From positions 22,613,432-22,677,431 of the forward strand of contig NC_092679.1 in assembly GCF_964355755.1 (NCBI RefSeq): DNA of 64,000 nt, written 5' to 3'. The notes beneath the pieces are model-generated. The model was not told where the DNA came from. It worked only from the letters and a program-made list of their open reading frames with translations, and made no database searches. The DNA is from Antedon mediterranea. Lineage: Eukaryota > Animalia > Echinodermata. The first letter of the stretch is position 1. Each line of letters opens with the position of its first letter. Positions 1-13,321 of the stretch are shown here, one piece after another. Both the position numbers and the translations under genes were made by a program.

Positions 1-177
1 TCACTTCTGCTGCCTCTCGCTTATGGAATGACCTACCCGCCTCTATTAGATTATATTCATCTACTATCGCCTTTAAATCTGCCTTGAAAACTCATCTTTT
101 TCTTTCAGATTTGAGCTCTCTCATACACCACGCCTTTGATCAGTTACTGCAGGAATTGGCGCGTTACAAATTCGTAC

Positions 178-223
<46 letters not shown>
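1..223 (+). mobile_element. 3' end of an L2/CR1-clade LINE with (TAT)n tail, inside an ERO1 intron
   Basis: Translates FTSAASRLWNDLPASIRLYSSTIAFKSALKTHLF, the typical LWNxLP...FKxxLKTHLF end of an RT ORF. A short 3'UTR and a (TAT)n microsatellite tail follow at about 175-223. Confidence 0.75.
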
Positions 224-225
<2 letters not shown>

Positions 226-382
226 CAGGCTGGATCTCAATGAAGATAAAGCAAGAATTTAAAGCAAAACATAAAACAGCCAGAAGTTTCAGAAAACACT
301 ATTCCATATAAATTATGAAATATGACAAATTACATAAAATGATGACTAATGAAGTGTTGTGATAAAATCTTGTTATTTGCAG

Positions 383-3300
383 TTGTCTGGAACTGTTGAT
401 GATTGCGATTGTGAAGTTCAGTCTGTAGACAGTTTTAACAACTACAAAATATACCCAGTTCTGAGAAGCCTATTGGAATCCGACTACTTCAAATATTATA
501 AGGTATAATGAACAGGCCCTTAATAAGGGCTGTTCAGACTTGCATAGTTATGATTTTTATTAAACGTATAAGGGCCTTTTCAGACCTACAGTAGTTATGG
601 TTTTTAGTATGGTATAAGGGCCTGTGTTCAGACCTACAGATTAATAGTTTTGTATCGTATGAGACATACAAATTTTAGTAGATTAGTGGAAGCTACCTCT
701 ATGACACTGAAATTTCATTTGCTACGAAAGCTCAAGGTAAAGATTAGTGTACAGTACGATGCTTACGATACAAAATTTGCGTATAGATTTTTTTTTCTCC
801 CAAATCACAAATACATTCAAAATCCTGTCTGTGGGATTAGCCTCATGGTCAACCATACCACACCTAGTTTCCACAAATAATTATTACCTTGATTTTGATT
901 ATTACATAGTTAATAGCATGGAGGTATAAAAACGATACCTCCATTAAATACCTCATAATTAAAGTTATCACCATTCATTACTGATGATTGATTGAATTAG
1001 TTCAATCAGGGAAGAGTGAATAATTCACTCTTCCCTGATTGAACTAATTAAAGATACTGTAGGCCTACTGTTAACTAATGAATACATCAATCAATCTAGA
1101 ATGTGATTGGTTAGTTATTATTTCATACTATATTAGTTTTTAATATTACCATGTATGCTTTGTTTATTCAATGTAAACATGGAAAGTAAACATTATAAAC
1201 TGATAAACACTCTTCATTTTATTACCACCATTATCATAATATTGTGTTATTGTCACTTATTTTATTAGTAATAAAAACTACAAACAAATGAATAAGGATT
1301 ATTGAATTTAATTTAAATAATTATATAAAATAACTAATTATTTTACTATAGACCCCGTATAAACATTAATGGTGTCTAGTGCTGTAAAATACTGTCTATT
1401 TTTCACTAGTCCACTGGGCACAAAGAAAGTTATATAGTTTTGTTCAGACTGCCTTATGTCTTAGGTAAAGTTATGCTCTGTCTACACTAATAATCAACCT
1501 AGTTTGACAAAAAAAAATAATCTACTTTTGGAATATTGTGTTTAAATTTGGAATCCATATTTTCAAAAACACTAGCCCCTGTCTACACTATCAAACTACT
1601 TTGACAATCATTTGGACACATTACATTTTTTTGTCACATTAAGGCTTTACTCTCGCATGGAGGGGCAATGATATATTATGTTTTCACACTACAGCCAGAT
1701 TCCTATTAAATGGGCACTCCTATTAATGGAACACTTTATTGGTACCAAAAGTGTCCCCATAATAGAGGTTCTATTAGTATTTAATGTGGAGACTCTACAA
1801 CTAATGACAGTATTTCTACCCCATTTGTTGACTTTCGGTTGAACAGTCCATTTATGGTGCCATCTTGTGTCTATGCCAACCATATTGAGGCAATATGTTT
1901 AAATGGCTTTGACACTGACAGTGAGTTTGTATATTTAAATTAACCATACGTTCCAGATTGTTTCATATTCACAATATGGCATATCTAATTTCATATCTGC
2001 ATTTACAGTGAAAGCCTAATAATAGCTAAAACGACTTGATGATTGGCTATGTTAATGAGATGCTGATGATACTGGTACTGGTATCTTTCTATACATCAGC
2101 CATCCATAATTATTCATAATTGAGTGTGATACATTGTGTTACTGTTTAAATATTTGAGTCATTTTAAAGTGCTTTTTATTAAGTGTCTGTATCCTACTAT
2201 AATGCTCAGTTCACAAAACTTTGTGCCCAAAAGGGTGATGATTGAAATTACTGTTAACATCATGTTCTTTTTTCATTGCCTGTATTTTTATAGCCTAAAT
2301 TAGTTCCTAAGAAATGTACAGTACATGCAGATATGATCCACAGTATACAGTACCATTCCCATACTTTACATATAGTAGCCGATTCCTGGTACTGTATCCA
2401 TAATTTGTACAGTATCATAGTTATTATGTGATACAGTATCACATATTTATCACATGTGACACCTGTATCATAGCCTGTAAGCTTAACCTTTCAGTAATTT
2501 AGTTAATACTTATTATGTTGTAGGTAAACCTGATTAAGGAGTGTCCATTTTGGAGTGACAATTCAAAGTGTAAGAAAGAACAATGTAAGGTTTCTCCATG
2601 TAAAGAGGTATGTCTTTATTTCCAACTTTGTTTCTTGTGTGTTGGTTATCACCAACAAGTTTTAAAATAGATTGGCTAGAGAGCGTACTCCTGACTGAAA
2701 AGTGATTCCAACAGGAGGGGGATCATCAACAAGATGGCGGCTGTATATCTCAATTAAAAATATTATTTAGTATATAAAATAATAATCTAATAATAATAAT
2801 AAATTAAGACCACATAAATCACAACACATATTCTTGATCGACCATTCTATACGCTGGTTATCTTGAGTGCACCCCCCCCCCCCTCCTCCTTTTGGAATCA
2901 CCTGTCTATAGAGTTGACTATCATGTACTAAGATATCTATAAAAATGTATTATTGTCATTAAGCAAGTTATACAAATTTTTAATTTTCAGGAAGATGTGC
3001 CTTGTGGATTAAGGACTAATTTAAATAAACAAAACAATGTGAGTTTCTTTTTTTAGTAAGAAATTGTTTTACAGAGTAATTCAAACTTTTATCTGATAAT
3101 ATGCTTTTTGTTTGTGGATATAATCTCTGGTACCCCAACCTTGATTTCTGAAAAACATGATGTGAAGACGGGGAACAGCACAATCATCTAAATGCCCGAT
3201 TTACCTTAAAACAAAATTATTTTGAATACCTTGCTGTCTCCCCCCCCCCCCCCAATACAAATAATCTGTGTGTTAGTGGTCATCTCGCTTTCATTTCATT

Positions 3301-6300
3301 TGATATTGCTGTTCGTTTCAATAGAGTGAACCAAAAAAATGTGCCTGCGTTAAAGATGATGCGGTGTGTATAAGCAAATGTAAAGGAAATTTAGGAAGAA
3401 CAACAAGTAATGCGGTAAGTTCAATTATTTTTTGGAATTGTACTGGGAATGTTTAAACTAAATTCACTATTATTATATTAACCACCTTTTCATGGATTAT
3501 ACACAATATATTAATGCTAAAAATATGTTTCTGTATCCAAAACATTTTGGTATTTAACTGAAGTCTAGATGAATCCTAGATTCCAAAACTTTATATGGCA
3601 TATGTACACACAATATCAGTACTCAACTAAAAATCTTTTACTGCTAATATAAATTATAGATAATAGTAGTATCAGATTAAATATAAATTCCAACACTTAA
3701 TACACAAAATAACAGTGCTATAATCTATACAACTAATAGTGAAAAATACAGCAATGTTTGTTTAACATTATGACAATAGGGCCATATACTTTAACATTTT
3801 GATAAATAACTGACGTTTTAGAACAATATTATTTCTATTGATTGTACATTTAAAAAGCATTTTGTATTAGGACATGAAAAGCATAATATTTTAATAGCTT
3901 TAATGTGCCACTTAGACTGTTAGCAGAATCAATTGCCAACCATTTTCACTGCAGAGCAACACAAAAGTTATTTAGCATTCAGTGCAAGTTAAAATCACTA
4001 TTAATTTTACAAAACAATAAAGCTTTTAAAATATATTACATAATGTTTAAAATGAATTGATTATATTTTTATGCAGTTATTCCAATTTATTCATAGTCAC
4101 TTATGGGTTTAATAATCTCGCTTATTTTTCAACTGCGTTGAAATAGAGGGCGTTGCTAATATTCTTTTTCTTAATGCTGTAAATAAGATAGAAATTTCAC
4201 TGAGCCTTTATTTAGAGTCAACCTCTATAAATAAGGTTGAATATAAAAAAAACTGTTCATGATTGATTGTAAGTGTAGTACTATTTTTTTTTTTGTGAGT
4301 GATGTTCAATTTGTGTGAATACATTTTCTAATGGAACTCAGGCTTTGACAATTTAAAAATAATATATAGCGTGACTTTACAAAAAGTTAATGACTTTCTA
4401 TGTTTTCTTTTTTATTTTGCAGTATTCTAAAGAAGCTAATGAGAAATGTTCATCAGAATGTATAGTTGAGACTGATGAAGAACAACGTTTGGGGGCGCTG
4501 GACAGCAGCATAAGCAACAAAAGTCTAGAGGCTTTCAAATCATGGCGGGTACATGACGATGCTAAACATGACTTCTGTGTTCGTGAAGGTAATGGTGGCC
4601 TCCTTCCTTACTCACACCCAGTGACGTAACGTTTAGGAGCCCTAAATGGCCCTCCATTGGTTTAGCCAGTGGCCGCTCATAGCCGTTACAAAAAATACAA
4701 AATAAATGGTTGAATTTACCCAAAAACCACTATTTTTTTTCTTTAAATTACAGATTTTTAAGTTAAATCATTTAAGTATCCTAAATAAAACGACTTATTC
4801 AGCCAAAAAAAATGTTCTAAAATTATTTTTTCAGGGAGAACAATATGCCTTTAATAATAGTTTGTTCATTTTGATTTGCAGATGAATCTTCTGAGCATGC
4901 TCAGTTCTATGACTTGACGATTAACCCTGAGAGATATACTGGTTACAAAGGCAAGGCAGCACATCGCATATGGAACAATATATACAAGGAAAATTGCTTT
5001 AAGTAGGTCAAAAGAAATATATATGTCCTCGGGTATAATTCCACTTCGGGTTAATCCCACCCCTACTTTATGTCTGATTTCACAAACCGGCATATCCCCG
5101 GGTATAGTCCCAGTATTAACTTTTGGTCTGGATGTAGGCTTCTCTCAAGCTAGTTCAGATAAGTTTTTACAATAAATGCTTTACCAATCATTTTTTCCTG
5201 AAACAGGGTTTCCTTGGGTATTGTTTGTTTATTTATTTTTTCCACTCACTTATATATATATATCATTTACATTTACATAACATATATTAAATGTTGGTGG
5301 ATGGAAGTCACAGTAAGTTCACTGAACTTTAAGTCGTGACTCCCGTATGCCTATAAGTATACTAACATTGCTACAGAGTAGACTAAAATATGAATATATA
5401 ATAGTGAAAGTACATAAAATCAAAAAAAAAAAAATAAAAAATTTAAATTATAGAAGTTAAGATAAACCAGGCAATTATATAATATAATGATAAAAAGGAT
5501 AATGATATAGTTCTTGTAATTTCTTGTTTTAAGGGGTGAGATTATACCAGAGGTTATGCGGTATATATTATTTGAATAATATGATATTTTATTGTGATAA
5601 AGATTACACAGTAAAATTATAGATATATTGTTACTGCAGCAGCTAGGATAAAATTACTGCAGCAATTAGTTTCTCTTTTTTTTATATAAAGAATGTTATA
5701 AATTGTCCGCATTCAATTATGCTCGGTTGGCCTTACCTGTAGGAGAAAGCTCATGGATGTTCGCAGAACGCACATACTGCAATTTGACCAATCACAAGGG
5801 ACAGTTCATATTAAACCACCGTTTGTGATTGGCCTAAATTGTGTTCCATCCTTAGTGGCAACCCAGCTTTAGAAGACTATGCGTTATGTAATACCACATA
5901 CTGTATAACTGTTATATATTAGAGAGGTACTTCAGAGAGAGAGAAAACTCACAGCTCTTTTCAGAACTAATCGTGGTGTACAGCAAACTTTATATCAACA
6001 TGTTATATATTAAATACATTGACAGTCTTCTGATAACAGAATGAAGTTCCATTCAGAGAGAAGAACAATTTATGTGATAGGAAAATAATAGAAAAATGAT
6101 GCCTAAAGATGATTGGTTTATGACTAAAAGTTTATGACAAAAGACAGAAAGAGGTGTGAACAATTAGCAAAATCTTTGCTTAGGTCAGCGGTAAAATGAA
6201 GATGTCAATTTGAAACCTAAAACAACAGCGTTGATGTCATCGACGAAGCTAGTGAACAAAAGCTTGTTGTTGAAGAAGTGTTAATTACCGTAACAAAAAA

Positions 6301-9300
6301 ACAAACAAATGGCAGATGTTGAATAATATTGCAAACCTTGGCATTTAAAGATGTGTTTTCCCCCAAAAATATGAAAAATAAAGATTAATAAAATCAGACT
6401 TTGAATAGATTACTTTGTAGTTTTAATAAAGTTAATCACTTTCGTAGAAAAAAAACACGGAAAAAATAATGTTTTCACTTATAAAATGACAAAATAACTG
6501 GTTAAAAGTCAACCAAAATCCCATTTGATTTTTTTTGCTTTAAATTACATTTTTTAGGTAACATTTTCTTTTCGATCCACGTTTTGGTCAAAGTGGATAA
6601 CTTTTAGGTGACATTAAAATGGCATAATCAAAAAAAAAATTGTAAGACGTTTAATACATAGGTGAAATAAAAGGTGAAATTAATCCAAAATGAAGAAGAA
6701 AAGGAGACATAACTAATTTAATGAGTAGTAATCGGTCTGTTTGAAGTTTGAGATGAGTTCCAAAATTACCTGAATTTGAATAAACTTGAAACTTGGAAAA
6801 AATAAAAATAACTGATAACAAGTAAAGCATCAGCTTATATTTTCAAAGTCACTTTCTGTAATAACTTCTACAGTAGTTCTTTGAGTTTTTCATTTCAGCG
6901 AAAACAAAAACCAATTTAAAGGCCCATTCACACTACGACGATAACGATCGACGATAATAGACAATAATTTGCATTTTTCATACATAAAATAAAAGAAATA
7001 TAAAACCTTTTCATTCTAGAACTATAGAATAACCATCTATGCTTCCTTTGATGAAAATTATATTTTCACACGTCCAATCAAATGACGTCATGATTAGTAA
7101 GAGCAATAATATCGTGACAATACAACGATTTTATTGTTTTTATGTATCATGACGTCATTTGATTGGAATTTAAAAAATATTATTTTTATCAAAGACAGCA
7201 TAAATGATTATCCTATAGTCCTAGAACGTAACCCTTTCTAATTTCTTTTGTTTTATGTTTAAAAAATGCATGCTTATATATTTATCGTCGATCGTTATCG
7301 TCCTAGTGTGAATGGGCCTTAACTCAGATTTGTCAAGAATTTACAGTATGATGGATAAATCAAATAAAAGTAGAACAGTAGGTGTGTAAACATACAATGT
7401 GTATACTCTATATTTCAATGTTTTATCTTTACAGGCCTGATCCGCTAACACCTGGTTATCAAAACTTTCTCACCTCAAAGTCTCTTGGAGGTAAGGTCAT
7501 TACTTTTTTGTATTTTACTTTGTAAACTAATAGTTTTATTTTTTATTTCTCAGGTTTTGTCTTTTAGAAATTGCACTCCTCAACAGCAACAAAATGATGA
7601 TGATAACAAGCTTAGTTTCTAATTCATTCACATGAATCAAACACATCAGCTTATATTCTCAATGTCACTTAATTTTTCAAATTAGACTAGTTCCTGGATT
7701 TAGTCGAACTACATATTTTCACACACTTCTTTTATGAATTAAGTTTGCTTAAGAATATGAGTGCAAGATTTGGCAACTTCAATATTTCAATTTTTCCCTT
7801 TAAGAATTTATAAGATATTAGAAATTTTAAAACATTTTTTTTCACAATAATCTTTACTCCATTCCCCTTTGAAAAGTTTAAATATGGTTTTTTTTTTTAT
7901 CAATTTTGACTTTGGTTTTCTGAATAAACTCACCTATTCAATATTAAATAATCTTCCTTCCATTACCCTTCTTTGACAAGTTTAAATATGGTTTTCTATA
8001 ATGTTTTTTTTTTAAATTTTGACTTTGGTTTTCTGAATAAACTCACCTATTTAACGATTATGACTCCTTTCTTTTTCCACCTTTCCCTTCCACAAGATCC
8101 AAAGTATCTAGCAGGTAACCCAAAGTGCATGCTACTGTACCATGTCGCATTTTCCTTATAATCGTTGGAATGCAATTTATTATTTTTTATTTTTTATTTT
8201 GCACATTACCGTATATGACCAAGTATAATGCCATGTTCAAGTATAATCCCACCCCTAATTTAATCTAAATTCTTTGATAAATCCATTGGTAATGTAATCC
8301 AAGTATAGTCCCACCAAACCAAATGTTGTATAACCAGGCCCCCTGACAAGACTATACTTAGTTATATACGGTTATACAGTAGTTGAGAAGTAGTTCTATA
8401 GTACATGGTATATTTTTTAAGTGTTTTTGATATAAAGTATATTCCTCAATATTAAGTAATATATTTAAGTAAACTTTTGTAACCAAAGAATCCCTTTAAT
8501 TGGATTCCTTTTAATGGAGGATGGTTTAAAGTGGGCTTACGTCGTCACGAAACTCCAACGCTATTCAGTTGCAAGTAGTACTGAGCTTAGAGTATGTGGA
8601 CTTTTTGAGCAACTGAACGAAACTGGTGTTTCGTCTAACGTCTGACTTTTAACTCGACGTTAGATTAAATGTCTCCTCTCTTTTCTTTTTATCATCATAA
8701 AATGTAAAGCTTTGTTTACACTATCAAACTAGTTTAACAAAAAAGTGTGATGTGCCCAAATATGGTAGTGATATGCTCAAATATGGTAGTGATATGACAT
8801 CATCATGTCTATATATGGGTACATCACATTTTTTTGTGATGTAAAGTATAGTGTAGACAGAGTGTTACGGTACCTTAAAGCAGGGCTGTAGCAAGCCCAC
8901 ATTCTACCGGTTCAGCCGAAGTTGCAGTATTTTGTGTCTGTAAACATAGTGTTGTTATTATATATGATATCTAGAAGGTCATGTTATTTGTACAGTATTG
9001 TAATTGTTAATAAAAGGTGTATTGTCCCCCAAAAACATGAAAAATGAAGATTAATTAAATCAGACTTTGAATAGGTTATTTTGTAGTTTTAATAAAGTTA
9101 ATCACTTTCGTAGGAAAAAAAAAATCATTATTTTTCAGGGGGACAATACATCTTTAAACCTACCTGGCGATTTAAGATTGTTGCTGTTTTGACATGGACC
9201 TACTGTATATAAATTAGCTCCATGGTTTAACTTTATGCTATTACTATTTCTTTTATATGATTTAATAACATATATATTTTCTTCTCTTCGGCAAATTATT

Positions 9301-12195
9301 TTCTTGTAATTAATTGGTTGTGAATTAATGTGAAAATGTAAGTTTGTCATTTTTATGATATTTATGTGTTCCTTGTTTCATTTCAAGTTTCTTCTTAATA
9401 GGGATGTCCTAAAAATTATATATTGTTTGAAATGATAAAGATGAGGACATTTGTGAGAATGAGAAAAAAATTGCCCTAACCAAGATTTCTCACAGATTTC
9501 CTCATCTTTATCGTTTAGGTTTAGAATTTAGTATGTGATATTTATATATTATTTGTACTATTATTATTATAATTATTCTGCCTTTAGGTCTTTGTCTTGA
9601 GAAGCGAGTGTTCTATCGGTTAATATCAGGACTTCACAGCAGCATCAACATTCATTTATGTGCAAAATATCTACTGGCACGTAAGTAAAAGTTGTACAAT
9701 TTTTTTTTCTTGATTTGCCAGTTGATCAGCACAATTTTTAACCTCCAAAAAATATTACAATGTAATTTCCAGGGACCTATAGTGTCCATTTTTCTAGAAT
9801 GTTCTTCTTACCTCAGCCTCAACCAGTGAGGCTGAGGTAGATTCATCCCGTTGGTCCAGCTTGCTGGTTGCTCCCCGAAACTGGATTCTAGGCCTCGAAA
9901 TAAAAAGTTTCCAGAGTGCTGGCTGTTGTAAAGGTCCTTGTAACTGTGATACTAGATCACATATGGTGGCTATTGACTGTATACAGTTAGCACTTACAGA
10001 CACTGCATGTTGATGCTTAAAACAATATCCCACTACTATATAAGAATCAAATCATAACAAATAAACACTATTTTTCAGCTGGAGATGGAGCATTTACTAG
10101 AGATATGTGGGGTCAGAATGCCATGGAATTTCAACGTCGATTTTCACCAGAAAAGACTAACGAAGAAGGCCCATTGCGACTGAAAAACTTATATTTTACA
10201 TATTTAGTTGTTTTACGCGCCATTGCAAAAGCATCGCCGTATTTTAAACAAGAAATCTTCTATACAGGTAATTATATAAAATTAAACAAATAAACTGGGA
10301 TTACTTACTTAGTTACTTAGTCCGGGACATACCCGTACTTATATGACTAGACTCCTCAATAACTTTTAAACAAGAAATCTTCTATACAGGTAATTATATA
10401 AAATTAAACAAATAAACTGAGATTACTTACTTAGTTACTTAGTCTGGGACATACGCATACTTATATGACTAGATTCCTCAATAACTTTTAAACAAGAAAT
10501 CTTCTATACAGGTAATTATATAAAATTAAACAAATAAACTGGGATTACTTACTTAGTTACTTAGTCCGGGACATAGTCGTACTTATATGACTATAGATTC
10601 CTCAATAACTTTTAAACAAGAAATCTTCTATACAGGTAATTATATAAAATTAAACAAATAAACTGGGATTACATACTTAGTTCATGCTTAGTTACTTAGT
10701 CCGGGACATACCTGTACTTATATGACTAGATTCCTCAATAACTTTTAAACAAGAAATCTTCTATACAGGTAATTATATAAAATTAAACAAATAAACTGGG
10801 ATTACTTACTTAGTTACTTAGTCCGGGACATACCCTTATATGACTAGATTCCTCTGTAATTTCCTATCTGCCATTGTGACAGCAAGTTCTTTTCGTTGCA
10901 TACCAGCATCTGTCTCTAGTTTATCAATGTAATGTGAGTGCTGGTCTTGTTTTGCAAGCCCATGTTTTGGCTGCCACATCAGAACATCTGCAATAATTTC
11001 TTCTTTAATGCGCAGACAGTTTCCATCAAATGTCTTCTTATTGTTTCTATTATTTTTGGTATTGCTAAAGAACTATATAGCACTTCTTACTGAGATACTG
11101 GGATTAACCCACTATAAAAATGTTTAATTGTTACCAAAATATACTGGGATTAACTCTCTATAAAAACTTGTAATTGTTATCAAAATATTCCAGGTCAGGA
11201 AGAACAAGATGCGGAACTTCAGAAGGTCGTTATGCAAATCGCAAAGTTAGCGGAAAAGTTTCCAAACCATTTCAACGAAAGTGCTATGTTTATGGGAAAG
11301 AAAGCTAGCAGTCTTAAGGTAAATCATCACAAAATATAATGTATTCATCCTTTGGATAGGACGTAAAGCTGTTGATCCTGTGTAAATACAGTGCATGTTA
11401 AAGAACACTGTTCGAAAAGAGTAAGGGATCGTCTGTCAGTGTGCTGATCTGGGTAGACGTTGCACTGCTGACGGCCGTGGGTCCATAGAGGGCCTAATCT
11501 AAATTTCTTTAATTTCCAGTTAAGCTTGAGGACTCTAATGAATACCTTACTTTATATTGCACAAAAAATTGATGTCGTAAATTCAGAACTTGCTTATAGT
11601 TTTATATTATTACTAACAAATTATTTTTTAATAGGAGGAATTTAGAATACATTTTTGGAATATATCTCGTATTATGGATTGTGTTGACTGTACTAAATGC
11701 AGGCTGTGGGGAAAACTACAGGTATGAATAAAATCTACACACAATTGTTGGCAAAAATTGCAAAGTCTAATTTGATAAATTTTTTATTTTCTTGATTTCA
11801 GAGGACAATTCATCTTTAAACATTGTTTTATGCTTCTTTTTTTTTCAGGTCCAAGGACTTGGAACAGCTCTTAAAATATTGTTCTCGGAAAAAAAGATAG
11901 GGAAACCAGGCAGCTCATTTATACTGAAACGAAATGAAATTGTCGCCTTATTTAATGGATTTGGCGCGTAAGTATGAGTGGCACAGAGGTTGTAAAATCA
12001 GGCAGATATCTATCATTATCATCATCATCATCTATTTCAGTCCAGCCACAGAAAATGGTGTTGTTGCTTAGAATTGTTTATTTATTTTGTCTTTTTAGGT
12101 TATCATACAGCGTGAATCAAATTGAAGAATTTAAAAGATTGACAAGAAGTCCTGATAAAGACAAACCTAGAGACAATTCAAATGGGTCCTGGTAA
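383..12195 (+). CDS. ERO1: ERO1-like endoplasmic reticulum oxidoreductin (5' exon(s) upstream of window)
   Basis: 13 GT-AG exons with continuous frame: 383-502, 2524-2607, 2991-3038, 3325-3414, 4423-4588, 4882-5002, 7435-7490, 9588-9680, 10079-10267, 11194-11318, 11635-11721, 11849-11967, 12099-12195. Motifs: [54 protein letters not shown] and the active-site [16 protein letters not shown]. Confidence 0.96.
995..1049. repeat. Perfect 27-bp-arm palindrome (1-nt spacer)
   Basis: aattagttcaatcagggaagagtgaat-a-attcactcttccctgattgaactaatt. Confidence 0.95.
6920..7319. mobile_element. PIF/Harbinger-type foldback MITE
   Basis: TIR AGGCCCATTCACACTA(C/G)GACGATAACGATCGACGATAA at both ends, TAA on both flanks. 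Imperfect inverted arms cover most of the element. Confidence 0.85.
8707..8864. mobile_element. MITE family A copy (TIR CTCTGTCTACACTATCAAAC)
   Basis: About 150-bp element with internal gtgatgtgcccaaatatggtagtgatatg units. The family recurs at about 1476, 1575, 12551, 23261, 29633, 31680, 40090 and split at 42246/45663. Confidence 0.8.
9013..9153. mobile_element. Short Kolobok-like non-autonomous element (TIR AGRTGTATTGTCCCCC)
   Basis: aggtgtattgtccccc ... gggggacaatacatct, followed by TTAA. Related copies at about 4690-4855, 6345-6660, 22140-22450, 29025-29370 and 52114-52320. Superfamily inferred from the TTAA flanks. Confidence 0.6.
10242..10853 (+). repeat. Five-copy ~122-bp tandem repeat spanning an ERO1 exon end and splice donor
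   Basis: Unit ttttaaacaagaaatcttctatacagGTAATT...gattcctcaataac starts at 10242, 10364, 10486, 10610 and 10743. Confidence 0.95.
10858..11040 (-). mobile_element. RTE-clade LINE 3' remnant
   Basis: Minus strand reads [24 protein letters not shown]...[24 protein letters not shown], which resembles the RTE ORF C-terminus (GHCxR..LWxPxHG..YIDxLxxDxG..MxDR). Confidence 0.65.
11345..11553 (+). mobile_element. 5'-truncated SINE with a Deu/Meta-like central domain
   Basis: tcctttggataggacgtaaagc...gcatgttaaagaac...ttcgaaaagagtaaggg motif series, ending in a taccttacttta-type tail. Confidence 0.5.
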
Positions 12196-12228
12196 AATAC
12201 AGTGGATTACAGCTTAGGACCATGTTTT

Positions 12229-12447
12229 TACTTTGGCCTGGCTAGGATTGTTGTCACTTTAGCCTGGGGTGGGGCTTGTTGTCACTTTGACCTAGGTGGA
12301 GTTTGTTGTCAATTTGACCTGGGTGGGGCTTGTTGTCACTTTGGCCAGGGGTGGGACTTGTTGTCACTTTGGCCTGGGGTGGGGCTTGTTGTGACTTTGG
12401 CCTGGGATGAGGTTTGTTGTCACTTTGGCCTAGGGTGGGCTTGTTGT
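12229..12447 (+). repeat. 27-28-bp G-rich minisatellite (~8 copies) in the ERO1 3'UTR
   Basis: Unit ttgttgtcactttggcctggggtggggc begins about 35 nt after the ERO1 stop. Confidence 0.9.
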
Positions 12448-12550
12448 AAAGGGTATTCAACAGGTATTATATAATTTGCTTTTTTTATATTAAGGAATTG
12501 CAATATCTTGTTTTCTTCTATTTTCCCAGCAAATATGAATATTTTGGTTA

Positions 12551-12690
12551 AATCTTTGTCTACACTATCAAACTAGTTTAAAAAAATGTGTCATGTGCCC
12601 ATATATGGTAGTGATATGACATCATCATGTCTATATATGGGCACATCACATTTTTTTTTCAAATAAAGCTTGATAGTGCAGACAGAGATT
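12551..12690. mobile_element. MITE family A copy
   Basis: tgtctacactatcaaact ... ttgatagtgcagacagag termini with the family internal motifs. Confidence 0.75.
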
Positions 12691-13321
12691 TACAAATTGG
12701 ACACATTTTAAATGTTAATGATGATTATGATCATATTATAGTATTTTTAATATTTGGAATTTATTTTATTATAATTTTAATAAAAGAGTTTTGATTTTTT
12801 ATATTTCTTTTGGTTATCTTAAGGCCACATGGCTGCATTTGAATTTCAGACTCGGTATAAAGTGGTTCTGAGGGTGTCCCCTTAATAGAGGTTCTACTAA
12901 GGCCATAGGGTCTTATTCTATCAAATAATTGTACTTAATATGTATATACAGTTTTTGTTTTATTCTAAACTGTTTACTTACTTAATTTTGAATAATTATT
13001 CAAATTATCATATTAAAATATTCTTAATAAAGTATTAATAAATAAATTTGCATACAATCGATTTAAAAAAGTAGAATTTAATTTTAAAGATATTTAAGGT
13101 ATTTTCTTCTACAAAAAAATAACTAATATTAATATTTGTGGATTAAAACTAATTGTTAGCCTGTGTACGAGAGTACGAGTGCTATTCTACTGTGGACGGT
13201 GCTATCAATTGACTGTACCATGTGTCCCATGGTCTTATGGTCTGCCTGTGTCCAGAAGTCCAAAGATTGAACCTCAGTTATCTTTTTGCCATATATGAAT
13301 GTATTTATTACAGTTGATATT

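Noticed and set aside
84-311. 75-aa poly-Leu ORF that looks like a membrane protein
   Set aside because: It is the translation of the (TAT)n tail of a LINE fragment.
9794-10033. Coding-looking 79-aa antisense ORF in an ERO1 intron
   Set aside because: No family motif recognised and no start or splice support.
12202-12474. Cys/Gly-rich 90-aa ORF after ERO1
   Set aside because: A product of the 28-bp minisatellite with a non-ATG start, in the 3'UTR.
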